64,000 nucleotides of DNA from NCBI GenBank assembly GCA_001793945.1, contig MGIW01000006.1:1584-65583 (forward strand), read 5' to 3'. Source of the stretch: Candidatus Wolfebacteria bacterium RIFOXYD12_FULL_48_21 (GTDB taxonomy: Bacteria > Patescibacteriota > Minisyncoccia > UBA6257 > UBA9933). The translations under genes were made by a program, and so were the position numbers. The notes under the pieces were generated by a model that saw nothing but the letters and a program-made list of their open reading frames with translations, was not told where the DNA came from and did not search any database. Positions 46,142 to 55,372 of the stretch are shown in pieces; position 1 is the first letter of the stretch, and each line of letters begins with the position of its first letter.

Positions 46142-47887
46142 ATGAGGATCACCAATGCCGAGATCGCACAATTGTTGAGTGAAATAGCGGAATATCTTGA
46201 AATGGACGATGTGCTATTTAAGCCGCGTGCGTACCAAAAGGTGGCAGATGCCATCGCGGCTTTGGATGAAGAAATTGTCGAGATCCATAAAAAGGGCGGT
46301 TTAAAAGCAGTTAGCAGTATTCCCGGTGTGGGCGCTTCCATTGCAAAAACGATCGAAGAATACATACAAACGGGACGCATCGCCCAATACGAAGAATTGA
46401 AGAAAAAGATCCCTGTCGATCTGCGTAGTTTGACGGCGGTCGAAGGCTTGGGCCCGAAGAAGATCAAGAAATTGTACAAGGCGCTTGATGTTAAAACTTT
46501 GGACGATCTGGAAAAGGCGGCGGCCTCGGGCGCGCTTGCAAAAGTGGAAGGATTTGGCGCGAAGTCGGTGGAGAATATTTTGAAAGGGATCGAATTTGTA
46601 AAGACATCGGGAGGCCGACTTATTTTGGGCAATGCATTTCCCGTGATCGAATATATCAGGGACGGACTTGCGAAAGTCAAAGGAGTGGAGCGCGTGGATA
46701 TTGTTGGTTCGGCGCGGCGGAAAAAGGAAACGGTGGGCGATTTTGACCTGTTGGTCATTGCGAAAGATTCCGGCCCTGTGATGCACTTTTTTGTGCATAT
46801 GGACGAGGTTGTGCTCGTACATGCGCAAGGCGAAACAAAAGCTTCGGTGCGCATTAAGGCGGGCATCGATGTGGATGTTCGCGTTGTCGCGCGGGAATCA
46901 TATGGCGCCGCGCTGTTGTATTTTACCGGGTCAAAGGCGCACAATGTCGCCTTGCGGCAAATGGCCATTAAAAAAGGGTTGAAGCTGAACGAATATGGAC
47001 TGTTCCGCATGAAGGGAGGGAAGGAAGAAAAGATGATCGCTGGCGATACGGAGGAGGGTATTTATAACGCATTGGGTCTTACCTATGTGGAGCCGGAAAT
47101 GCGCGAAGATGTCGGAGAACTTGAGCTTGCACAAAATCATAAACTGCCGGTATTGGTCGATTACGATGCCATGAAAGGAGATATGCAGATGCATACCAAC
47201 TGGAGCGATGGCGCAAATACGATCGAGGAGCTTGCTTATGCGGCCATGGCTTTGGGTTTGGAATATATTGTCATTACGGATCATACGAAGCGATTGACCG
47301 TTGCCAACGGGCTTGATGAGACCCGACTGCTTGAGCATATGAAAGCGGTTGATGCAGTAAATGCGAAACTGAAAAAAGAAGGGAAGAAGTTCACCGTACT
47401 TAAAGGGAGCGAAGTGGACATTTTGAAGGATGGATCCCTCGACATGTCCGATGCAGTTTTGGCGAAGCTGGATGTGGCGGGTGCCTCGGTGCATTCGTAT
47501 TTTAACTTGCCGCGCGAAGCGCAAACGAAACGCATTATTGCTGCTATGGAAAATCCGCATGTGGATATCATTTTTCATCCGACGGGGCGGGTCATTAACA
47601 GGCGACCTGCATATGATGTAGATATGGATGCCATTATCGAGGCGGCGAAGCGCACCAAGACGGTGCTCGAGATCAATGCATTTCCCGATCGGCTCGATCT
47701 TAAAGATGAATATGTACGCAAGTGCGTACGCGCGGGAGTAAAGTTGTCCATCGGTACCGATGCGCATGCCATCGCGCATTTGTCGTATCTTGCGTGGGGT
47801 GTGGGGCAGGCCCGCAGGGGTTGGGCGGAGCGAAGCGATATTGTGAATGCATGGCCTGTGGAGAAGATGAAGAAGATGCTTAAATAA
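46142..47887 (+). CDS. polX: DNA polymerase X family protein with C-terminal PHP phosphoesterase domain (PolX); start moved to MRITNAEIAQLL (alternative Met at 46094 lies inside repeat)
   Basis: HhH motifs (GVGASIAKTIEE, GLGPKKIKKLY), pol-beta-like nucleotidyltransferase GSARRKKETVGDFDLLV, PHP His-rich C-terminus. Confidence 0.8.
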   Translation: MRITNAEIAQLLSEIAEYLEMDDVLFKPRAYQKVADAIAALDEEIVEIHKKGGLKAVSSIPGVGASIAKTIEEYIQTGRIAQYEELKKKIPVDLRSLTAVEGLGPKKIKKLYKALDVKTLDDLEKAAASGALAKVEGFGAKSVENILKGIEFVKTSGGRLILGNAFPVIEYIRDGLAKVKGVERVDIVGSARRKKETVGDFDLLVIAKDSGPVMHFFVHMDEVVLVHAQGETKASVRIKAGIDVDVRVVARESYGAALLYFTGSKAHNVALRQMAIKKGLKLNEYGLFRMKGGKEEKMIAGDTEEGIYNALGLTYVEPEMREDVGELELAQNHKLPVLVDYDAMKGDMQMHTNWSDGANTIEELAYAAMALGLEYIVITDHTKRLTVANGLDETRLLEHMKAVDAVNAKLKKEGKKFTVLKGSEVDILKDGSLDMSDAVLAKLDVAGASVHSYFNLPREAQTKRIIAAMENPHVDIIFHPTGRVINRRPAYDVDMDAIIEAAKRTKTVLEINAFPDRLDLKDEYVRKCVRAGVKLSIGTDAHAIAHLSYLAWGVGQARRGWAERSDIVNAWPVEKMKKMLK

Positions 47888-48075
47888 CCTACAACCGACA
47901 ACTAACGACCTATAACGGGATGCAAAGGTTGTCATTCCGGCCTACGAGCCGGAATCTCATGAAAAAATCATGGGATTATAGATCAAGAAATTTGAAAATT
48001 AATGACATTTAATGTCGTTAAAAATATGCGGGTGCTATTGTCGACGAGATCCCGGGTCAAGCCCGGGATGACAAA
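47887..48075. repeat. (ACAACCGACAACTAACGACCTATAAC)GGGATGC unit followed by palindromic element fragments (ttgtcattccggcctacgagccggaat; gatcccgggtcaagcccgggatgacaa)
   Basis: direct reading. Confidence 0.7.
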
Positions 48076-48122
48076 CTTCTGGGCCTGTGGAAATACAGCA
48101 AAAAATGTTAAAATAACGGCAT

Positions 48123-48791
48123 ATGAAGCATCCGCATTGCAATCGATCTCTCGCATCTCATTTGTTTTGGTGTCGTGGGTTTGCGCCTACATTTTTCGTT
48201 ATTGTGGTTGCGTTGTTCGTAGTTTCCGTCGGAAGCGGATTTTATTTCGCATCGCGGCCTGATTCGGCGCTTGCTCCGAGCGAGCCGATTGCCGTTGCGG
48301 AACAAAAGATCGAGGATATCGCGGCATCGACTCAAGATGCGGTTGTTGTGGAACCTGTAACTGCGAAGCCCGCCGTTGTTGTTGCTACTCCGGTTGCAAA
48401 GCCTGCCACTGCGCCTGTTGTCGCGCCGAAGCCTGTACAGGCCAAGCCTGTCGATTGTGGGTTGGGAGCGGCTGCTGATGCGTGCATGTTCGAAAGTATC
48501 GCCAACTGTACACCCGCAAAGGCAATGCTTTTTGATGAGCGTACCGGGGTGCGCGTCGAGCATGTCATTAGCGGATTGGTGAATGGAAAATGCCTTTATC
48601 AGTCGGTGATCGCGTCTGCTCCGGGAGATTTCGCCTTGCTTGAGGGACTTACCGTGCGCTGCCTTCTTCCGAAAGAGCAATTACTGCAAGTAGTACAGGA
48701 GGCCGATGAAGCCGAACTGTTAAAGGTGTGTACCGGTTCATATATCGATATCTTGCGTCAGGCCCGGGGCATGGAACCGACCGCCCAATAA
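48123..48791 (+). CDS. hypothetical membrane-anchored protein with Ala/Pro/Val-rich linker and Cys-containing C-terminal domain
   Basis: 222 aa; TM helix, AKPAVVVATPVAKPATAPVVAPKP linker. Confidence 0.35.
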   Translation: MKHPHCNRSLASHLFWCRGFAPTFFVIVVALFVVSVGSGFYFASRPDSALAPSEPIAVAEQKIEDIAASTQDAVVVEPVTAKPAVVVATPVAKPATAPVVAPKPVQAKPVDCGLGAAADACMFESIANCTPAKAMLFDERTGVRVEHVISGLVNGKCLYQSVIASAPGDFALLEGLTVRCLLPKEQLLQVVQEADEAELLKVCTGSYIDILRQARGMEPTAQ

Positions 48792-48794
48792 CAT

Positions 48795-49973
48795 ATGAAA
48801 AACCTTTCCGCATTGTACGACCGGAATCTTTCCGAAGAGATCGTCATCGTTCGCGTCGATCTGAATATTAATAACAAGACCTTGCGTGTAAGCGGGCCTA
48901 ATTTGCGCGTCACCTCCATTATCCCAACGATCAAATTCTTGACCAAGCGTGGCGCAAAGGTCGTGCTGGTCAGCCATCGGGGAAGACCGGCTGGCGTAAC
49001 CAATAACCAACGACCAATAACCGATAACATAAAAGAATTTACATTGAAACCGTTTGCGAAGATCCTTGGTGGATTACTGAAGAAAGATGTTTCGTTTATT
49101 CCGCACGATACGAAAGAATATCGTTTGTTTTCGGATGCGAGCGCCGAGAAGATCAAAAAAGCCTCAAAGGGTTCCGTGTTCCTGCTTGAAAACATGCGTT
49201 TCTTTGCCGGCGAAGAGAAGAACGACCCCGCCGTCGTGCGTCCGCTTGCGGAGCTGGGTACATTTTATGTGAATGACGCATTTGCCGTCAGTCATCGCAA
49301 GAACGCTTCGGTGGTCGCCATCACCAAGCTATTGCCTTCGTGCGCGGGGCTTCTGTTGGAAAAGGAAGTGTTTCATATGGACGAAGCAATCAATAACCAT
49401 AAACATCCGTTTGTGGTCATTTTGGGTGGCGCAAAAATGACCGACAAGATGGGGCTGATCAAGCGCTTTATCGGCAAAGCCGATTACTTTCTCGCGGGGG
49501 GTGGCGTGGCCAATACATTTTTTGCGGCCGACGGCCTGCCGATCGGCGATTCCATTTATGAATCGCACATGATCCCCGTTGCAAAAAAGATCATGAAAAC
49601 GAACAAGGTCATTATGCCTATGGATGTTGCCATTTTCGAACGAAAGATCGTAGACAACGGCCCGGGAACGACCGACGAGTGGGTGGAGATCATCAAAAAC
49701 GCAAAGACGATCATTTGGAATGGGCCGGTAGGCGTTATTGAAAACAAAAAATTTGCCAAGGGTTCCGTTGGCATTGCGCAGGCCATCGCCAAGAGCAAGG
49801 CGTTTTCTGTGGTGGGTGGTGGTGAAACAGCACTTGCCTTTACAGGCGTTCCGCTTAAAAAGAACACATTTCTTTCTACGGGGGGTGGTGCGATGTTGGA
49901 GTACCTTTCTGGCATCAAGCTGCCTGGAATAGAGGCGCTGCGCGAGAAAAAAGGAAAAGGAAAAAAGAAATAA
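48795..49973 (+). CDS. pgk: phosphoglycerate kinase carrying an in-frame (ATAACC)-repeat insertion
   Basis: 392 aa; VRVDLNI, SHRGRP, VFLLENMRFFAGEEKNDP, YVNDAFAVSHR motifs; between GRP and EFTLKPF sits GVTNNQRPITDNIK encoded by aaccaataaccaacgaccaataaccgataac. Confidence 0.9.
   Translation: MKNLSALYDRNLSEEIVIVRVDLNINNKTLRVSGPNLRVTSIIPTIKFLTKRGAKVVLVSHRGRPAGVTNNQRPITDNIKEFTLKPFAKILGGLLKKDVSFIPHDTKEYRLFSDASAEKIKKASKGSVFLLENMRFFAGEEKNDPAVVRPLAELGTFYVNDAFAVSHRKNASVVAITKLLPSCAGLLLEKEVFHMDEAINNHKHPFVVILGGAKMTDKMGLIKRFIGKADYFLAGGGVANTFFAADGLPIGDSIYESHMIPVAKKIMKTNKVIMPMDVAIFERKIVDNGPGTTDEWVEIIKNAKTIIWNGPVGVIENKKFAKGSVGIAQAIAKSKAFSVVGGGETALAFTGVPLKKNTFLSTGGGAMLEYLSGIKLPGIEALREKKGKGKKK
48998..49029. 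repeat. (ATAACCRAYRAC)n repeat embedded in frame in pgk
   Basis: sequence matches intergenic repeat units at 25262-25420. Confidence 0.75.
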
Positions 49974-49978
49974 GGAAA

Positions 49979-50112
49979 CTTGTCATTCCGAGCGGAGAAG
50001 TACCCTTCGCAGGCGAGGAATCTGCAGTTATGTTACTGCAGATCCTTCGTCCGCCAGCTGGCGGATCAGGATGACGATGTACTGGATTCCGGCCTCCGCC
50101 GGAATGACAAAG
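49979..50112. repeat. palindromic element cluster (cttgtcattccgagcggagaagtacccttcgcaggcgaggaatctgcag...ccgccagctggcggatcaggatgacgat...gattccggcctccgccggaatgacaaa)
   Basis: direct reading; creates spurious TTG-initiated N-terminal extension of ORF 49980.. Confidence 0.8.
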
Positions 50113-50135
50113 AATGGAATTTGGATGATAATGCG

Positions 50136-50993
50136 ATGAAACAGCAACAAACAAAACTGAAAAATATCGTCGTGCTTTATCATAACGGGTGCAGCGATGG
50201 GTTTGGTGGTGCGTGGGCGGCATGGCAGATATTTAAGAATAAGGCCACCTATGTTCCTGTCGATCACGGCAGGGTCATGACGGACGATCTTGTCGATAAA
50301 GAGGTCTATCTGATAGACCTTTGTTTTTCTATAGAGGTTATGCGCGACCTGTTGGCAAAGAACAAAAAGGTGATCGTACTTGACCATCATATCAGCCAGC
50401 GTGATGCCGTCGGTATTTCTACGGAACATGTATACGATAACAACCGATCCGGTGCGATGATCGCATGGCAGTATTTTTCCCCCGATGCGCCGATTCCGAA
50501 ATTATTGAAACATATCCAGGATATTGATCTGTGGAAGTTCAAGATATCGCATACCCGGGAATTGATGGCCGCATTGAATGAATATCCGTTCGAGTTCAGA
50601 ACATGGAACAAGATCGCGCAGGAATGGGAAGACAAGGAAACCATAAAAAAGTATATCGGGGACGGGAAGTCCATTTTAAAATACGAAGATCGCATTGTTG
50701 ATCGTTTGATTCGGCATGCCGAGCGCGTCGAGTTTGAAGGAAAGACCGCGTATGCGGTCAATTCGCCCATTCTTGAATCGGAGATCGGGAATTGGATCGT
50801 GAAACACAGAAAAGCGATCGGGATCGTTTGGGCATATAAAGGACGCGATGTGCGTGTATCGTTGCGTTCCGACGGCAAGACCGATGTTTCCGAGCTTGCC
50901 CAGCGGTATGGCGGAGGAGGGCACAAGGCGTCGGCCGGGTTTGCATTTGATGTACAGTTGGCGTTTCCATGGGTCAAGCATGTGCCAAAGTAA
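50136..50993 (+). CDS. DHH-family phosphoesterase (NrnA-like bifunctional oligoribonuclease/pAp phosphatase)
   Basis: VVLYHNGCSDGFGGAWAAW DHH motif I, VIVLDHH motif, C-terminal GGGHKASAG DHHA1 motif. Confidence 0.7.
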   Translation: MKQQQTKLKNIVVLYHNGCSDGFGGAWAAWQIFKNKATYVPVDHGRVMTDDLVDKEVYLIDLCFSIEVMRDLLAKNKKVIVLDHHISQRDAVGISTEHVYDNNRSGAMIAWQYFSPDAPIPKLLKHIQDIDLWKFKISHTRELMAALNEYPFEFRTWNKIAQEWEDKETIKKYIGDGKSILKYEDRIVDRLIRHAERVEFEGKTAYAVNSPILESEIGNWIVKHRKAIGIVWAYKGRDVRVSLRSDGKTDVSELAQRYGGGGHKASAGFAFDVQLAFPWVKHVPK

Positions 50994-51052
50994 GCGAGCC
51001 ATTGGTTTGACATGATTTGCATTTTAGGGTATTAATATATCAGTTGTAATTA

Positions 51053-51580
51053 CCGCTATGTCGGTAGGGAGGCGATTACCTTTTTGCTTCGGCAAAGGGG
51101 AGGAAGGTCCGGACACTCATTTGTCCCACCGATCAGGCCAATGTCTTGCGGCAACGGTTGAAGCAACCGCGCTACCGCTTCGTGTTGTCGTGGGATGTTG
51201 ATCTGATCGGTGGGATATCTAACAAGATAGCGGCTAACAGCCGTCGGGAGCGATCCTCGAGGTGCGAGCAGAGACGCCGCAATTTGAAAAAATTGCGGGC
51301 CCTGTACCGCATGGTACAGGGTAGCTCTTATGGAAACATAGGAGGTGAAACGGCTAAATCCTTATCGGGTGCAAGGTCGTACTCTTGTCCTTCGGACAAG
51401 AACTTATAACCAATGACCTATAACTAATAACGGGAATTCTCGTTATGAGTTAATGGTCATGAGTTTTTGGTTCTTGCCCGGAGGGCAGGGGGGTACCGCA
51501 CGAACTTTGGAGCGATCCAAGGTCCAGATACATTATCGTCGAGACACAGAATCCGGCCTATCACCTGCCGATATAGCGGT
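51053..51580 (+). ncRNA. rnpB: RNase P RNA (bacterial type) containing a ~70-nt (ATAACC)-family repeat insertion at 51397-51470
   Basis: P4 strands GGAGGAAGGTCCGGACACTC and ACAGAATCCGGCCTA; terminal P1 pairing ccgctatgtcggtagggagg / cctatcacctgccgatatagcgg; followed by terminator. Confidence 0.75.
51397..51470. repeat. (ATAACC)-family hairpin element inside rnpB (cttataaccaatgacctataactaataacgggaattctcgttatgagttaatggtcatgag)
   Basis: shares ataaccaatgac / ataactaataac words with intergenic repeats; internal palindromes ataacg..cgttat and tgacc..ggtca. Confidence 0.6.
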
Positions 51581-51592
51581 GACTACAACATA

Positions 51593-51626
51593 AAAACAGC
51601 CCCCCTCACGGGCTGTTTTTATATGT
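51593..51626 (+). terminator. rho-independent terminator (aaaaacagcccccctcacgggctgttttt)
   Basis: direct reading after rnpB. Confidence 0.65.
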
Positions 51627-51668
51627 ATGCTTTGCATTACGAAACTTCATTTGCTGCTTTAAAATAGC

Positions 51669-51752
51669 ACTGTCATCCTGAATTTATTTCAGGATCTCTC
51701 AGTGATATCAATCAGATTCTGAATCCGCCGGCTGGCGGATCAGAATGACAAA
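51669..51752. repeat. palindromic element variant (ctgtcatcctgaatttatttcaggatctc...cagattctgaatccgccggctggcggatcagaatgacaaa)
   Basis: direct reading. Confidence 0.75.
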
Positions 51753-51785
51753 ATGAGTTTTGTAATTCAAAGTGTATAGGCTATA

Positions 51786-53141
51786 TCAAATAAACGATAC
51801 CAATAGTGCAATAGCAAATATTGCCATGATCGCGAATGCCGTCCACAGGCCCAGCTTTGAAAGCCATCCGCTTTTGTATTCTCCCATAACATCCTCCCGG
51901 CTCGAGATGCGTGCTATGAGGAAAATGAGCGGTACGGCTGCTATGCCGTTAAACACCGCCGTAAAGACAAGCGCCTTGATGGGATTGAAGCCGATGAAAT
52001 TAAACAGTAGTCCTGCCAAGGTGCCAAAGATGATCACGAAATAGAAATTGCGCGATTGCCGAAACTTTCTATACAGTCCTTCGCGCCAACTGAACGTTTC
52101 CGCCACGGCATAGGCCGAGGAGCCTGCGAGAACGGGAATGCTTTGCAGTCCTATGCCGATGATACCTATGGCAAAGATTAGCTTTGCGAGGAAGCCGGCG
52201 TTGGGAAATGTATGTACGAGCGGTTCGAGCGCGCGAGCGGCATCGGCAGCTGTTTCTATTGTAGTAATGCCTGCTTGGTTTAGTACTACGGCGCCTACGA
52301 TGATGATGAACCATGCGGTGACATTGGAAAATAGCATGCCGATGGCCGTATCGATACGCAACCGTTTTAGGTACGATCGTGTAAGATGGGGGATGCCGCC
52401 GCGCTGAGGGAGTCTATGGTTTGCTATTTCTTCCTCTACGACATTGCTTGTCTGCCAAAAAAACAAATAGGGTGAAATGGTCGTGCCGAAAATGGCAACA
52501 ATGATATAAAGGTATGTGGCACTCCACTCCACGCGCGGCGTGAAGGTTGCCTTGAGTACTGTGAGCCACGGAACATCAATCAAAAAAGCGGTGATGAAAT
52601 AGGCAAACAAGGCCATCGACAGCCACTTCAAGATGCGGATGTATGTCCGATAGGAAATAAATACCTCGAGCAATATGATGAGCAGTGCAAAGGCGATTGC
52701 GAGTAGCGGGAATGGCAGCGCAGGCACGAGCAATTCCGCGCTGGCGGCCATTGCACCGATGTCCGAGCCGATGTTAAGCGTGTTGGCAAGCACCACCAGC
52801 CCGACAACCGGGTAGAGTATTTTTTTCGGATAATGTTCGCGTACCGCCGCGGCCAAACCCTTGCCTGTAATGGCTCCTATGCGCATGCACGCTTCCTGTA
52901 CCGCTGTCATGAGCGGATAGGTAACAAGCATGGTCCACGGCATTTGAAAACCGAATTGTGCGCCTGCTTGCGAGTAGGTTGCGATGCCCGACGGATCGTC
53001 GTCAGCCGCGCCCGTTACGATGCCGGGGCCAAGGATCCGCAAAAAGCGGCTGAACCGTTTCAGACGCTTATGCTCTACGGGTTTTTCTTCCACTTTTTGC
53101 CCTACTGCCTCGTTGAGTATTTCGTCGGGGAACTGGACCAT
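51786..53141 (-). CDS. mntH: Nramp-family divalent metal (Mn2+/Fe2+) transporter
   Basis: 451 aa, 11 TM, N-terminal GPGIVTGAADDDPSGIATYSQAGAQFGF Nramp signature. Confidence 0.85.
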   Translation of the reverse strand: MVQFPDEILNEAVGQKVEEKPVEHKRLKRFSRFLRILGPGIVTGAADDDPSGIATYSQAGAQFGFQMPWTMLVTYPLMTAVQEACMRIGAITGKGLAAAVREHYPKKILYPVVGLVVLANTLNIGSDIGAMAASAELLVPALPFPLLAIAFALLIILLEVFISYRTYIRILKWLSMALFAYFITAFLIDVPWLTVLKATFTPRVEWSATYLYIIVAIFGTTISPYLFFWQTSNVVEEEIANHRLPQRGGIPHLTRSYLKRLRIDTAIGMLFSNVTAWFIIIVGAVVLNQAGITTIETAADAARALEPLVHTFPNAGFLAKLIFAIGIIGIGLQSIPVLAGSSAYAVAETFSWREGLYRKFRQSRNFYFVIIFGTLAGLLFNFIGFNPIKALVFTAVFNGIAAVPLIFLIARISSREDVMGEYKSGWLSKLGLWTAFAIMAIFAIALLVSFI

Positions 53142-53169
53142 ATGCGATAATTATACTGGAAAACATGAA

Positions 53170-53208
53170 TAAAAAATACCGACTGGCTGAGCCAGTCGGT
53201 ATTTTTTA
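53170..53208. terminator. bidirectional rho-independent terminator (aaaaaataccgactggctgagccagtcggtatttttt)
   Basis: perfect hairpin flanked by A-run and T-run. Confidence 0.6.
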
Positions 53209-53225
53209 TATTGAAGTCGTGTGAC

Positions 53226-53582
53226 TTAGTAGCTGCTGCGATATCCACCGCCGAAGCCTCCTCGTCCACCACGGTCTCCGCCACGTCCTCCGCCGAAGCC
53301 ACCGCCTCCGCCTTCACGGCGAGGTGCGCGCTCTTCCATCGGACGAGCAACGTTCACGGTCAAAGAACGTCCTTCGAAGTCCTTTCCGTTGAACATGTCG
53401 ATCGCTTTCTCGGCGTCCTCATCGGATGCCATTTCTACAAAGCCAAAACCCTTCGAGCGGCCGGTCATCTTATCGATGATGATCATGGCTGACTCTACGG
53501 TTCCTGCCTGGGAGAACAGATCGTTCAATGCGTCTTGGGTGGTTGCATACGGCAATCCACCTACGTATAATTTTTTGCCCAT
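53226..53582 (-). CDS. RRM-type glycine-rich RNA-binding protein
   Basis: KLYVGGLPY (RNP2) and KGFGFVEM (RNP1); C-terminal RGG/GGG tail. Confidence 0.8.
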   Translation of the reverse strand: MGKKLYVGGLPYATTQDALNDLFSQAGTVESAMIIIDKMTGRSKGFGFVEMASDEDAEKAIDMFNGKDFEGRSLTVNVARPMEERAPRREGGGGGFGGGRGGDRGGRGGFGGGYRSSY

Positions 53583-53776
53583 ATTGAGATAGTATATTTA
53601 ATTCTGTAAGTCGACCCTTCTCATAGGCCTCGAGAGCGCATAAAACAAAAACGTTTTACCTTCATTATCCACATCCGCTACAGCAGTTCAGGATTGGAAG
53701 CAAACTGAGAAAACTTACTGTTCACAGTATAAACCACCTCTCTATAAATAGCAAATGGCGTTGGGGGGGAGGGGGG

Positions 53777-53820
53777 ATAACTGATGACTGATGACTAATG
53801 ACCGATGACGGGATGCGGGG
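53777..53820. repeat. (ATAACTGATGAC)n repeat ending GGGATGCGGGG
   Basis: gataactgatgactgatgactaatgaccgatgacgggatgcgggg; preceded by G-tracts. Confidence 0.75.
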
Positions 53821-53829
53821 AGTTGCATA

Positions 53830-54579
53830 ATGGCTGTAAATGCGTATGCTCAATACATGGAACCGATTGAATACCCCATTCGTATAAACCGCTATCTTGC
53901 CTTGCAGCAATATGCCAGTCGCCGCGAGGCTGACCGGCTTATTGCCGACAAGCAGGTGCATATCAACGGCAACATTGCCGTGGTGGGTGATAAGGTTCAA
54001 AAAGGAGACAAGGTGACGGTAGGTAGCGGGGTAAAGGCGCTCGCGAAGAAGCGCGTGTATCTTGCGTTTTGCAAGCCGGAGGGCATTGTGACCCATAGCC
54101 CCGAGCGGGGTCAAAAAAGCATCGCCGATATTTTTGATTTCGGGGAGCGGCTGTTTCCGATTGGACGGCTGGATAAGGATTCCCGCGGGTTGATCATATT
54201 GACCAACGACGGACGCATTACCGACAAACTGCTTAACCCCGAGGGCGAACATGAAAAGGAATATCTTGTGCGCGTCGACAAGCCGGTCAATCCGGAGTTT
54301 ATTGAAAAGATGGGTAACCGTGTAAAGCTCGATGACGGGTATGTGACAAAAAAATGCGTTGTGGAATCCACGGGCGCAAAACAATTTCGCATCGTTTTGA
54401 CCGAAGGGAAAAAGCGGCAGATCCGCCGCATGTGCGAAGCACTTGGCTATGGAGTTACCGACCTGTTGCGCATTCGCATCATGAATGTGCGTTTGCGCGA
54501 TCTGCGCGCGGGCGAGTTTCGCCAGCTGAAAGGTGCGGAATTGCAAACCTTGTTGAAAGGCATCGGCATGGGCCAATAA
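53830..54579 (+). CDS. pseudouridine synthase, RsuA/RluB family (S4 domain + catalytic domain)
   Basis: RINRYLA S4-like N-terminus; catalytic Asp motif GRLDKDSRGLIILTNDG. Confidence 0.8.
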   Translation: MAVNAYAQYMEPIEYPIRINRYLALQQYASRREADRLIADKQVHINGNIAVVGDKVQKGDKVTVGSGVKALAKKRVYLAFCKPEGIVTHSPERGQKSIADIFDFGERLFPIGRLDKDSRGLIILTNDGRITDKLLNPEGEHEKEYLVRVDKPVNPEFIEKMGNRVKLDDGYVTKKCVVESTGAKQFRIVLTEGKKRQIRRMCEALGYGVTDLLRIRIMNVRLRDLRAGEFRQLKGAELQTLLKGIGMGQ

Positions 54580-54580
54580 A

Positions 54581-54614
54581 TAAAAACCGTACGCCCAAGG
54601 CGTACGGTTTTTTA
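54581..54614. terminator. bidirectional rho-independent terminator (aaaaaccgtacgcccaaggcgtacggtttttt)
   Basis: direct reading. Confidence 0.6.
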
Positions 54615-55349
54615 ATCGCGCGTTTCAGAACAGAGAACGAATTTGTCGTGATAGCGTAGCATCATGACATTGATAATGATGAGCGATATGAGTACGACCG
54701 GGCCGGTGGCTATGAGCGCAATTGCCATCCACGATTCAACATTCAAGAATAACAATCCGAATACGACCCCCGTTACGACCGTCGACAGCAATACGCTGAA
54801 TCCGATCGCCGAATACAGCGGAGACGGGGATTTTTTTGCGCATTTATATGCAAGGTAGGTGTGGGGAGTGATGACGCACAGTAGGCTTACGAGAACAAAA
54901 AGCGTAATAAAGAATGGGAATGATGTCATGGCCCGGTTGACCAGGTCGGTAAACGGCATGTAGTCGATGAACCGGTTCAGCTCAGGGTGTTGCGTGCTGA
55001 AATAGTGCTCAACCTGCGCATAGAAATAGGTGATTGCCGGAAATGCGAACAGCAATACGAATAGCGATGTGAATTCGTACCCGAGTACCAGTTTCTGCCC
55101 CTCGATCGTTTTTGTGCTTATCCTTTGTGGGATACAGGCAAAGAAGTTCTTTATTTTTTTTGCGTTGATGATGAGCATCAAGCCGATGCAGACCATGTAG
55201 ATCCACGAGCCGTTAAATGCGAGCGCATCGATGATGATGGGCAGTATGGGGGCGGGCGATAGTTCGCGCATGAGGATCGCTGCGCTATGGATGATCGCCG
55301 CAATCACGATGCCCGAGAGAATTGGTTTTTTGTAAAATTCTTTTAGCAT
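54612..55349 (-). CDS. hypothetical polytopic membrane protein
   Basis: 245 aa, ~7 TM helices. Confidence 0.35.
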   Translation of the reverse strand: MLKEFYKKPILSGIVIAAIIHSAAILMRELSPAPILPIIIDALAFNGSWIYMVCIGLMLIINAKKIKNFFACIPQRISTKTIEGQKLVLGYEFTSLFVLLFAFPAITYFYAQVEHYFSTQHPELNRFIDYMPFTDLVNRAMTSFPFFITLFVLVSLLCVITPHTYLAYKCAKKSPSPLYSAIGFSVLLSTVVTGVVFGLLFLNVESWMAIALIATGPVVLISLIIINVMMLRYHDKFVLCSETRD

Positions 55350-55372
55350 TGTCGTGTTATAGGGATGGCTGT

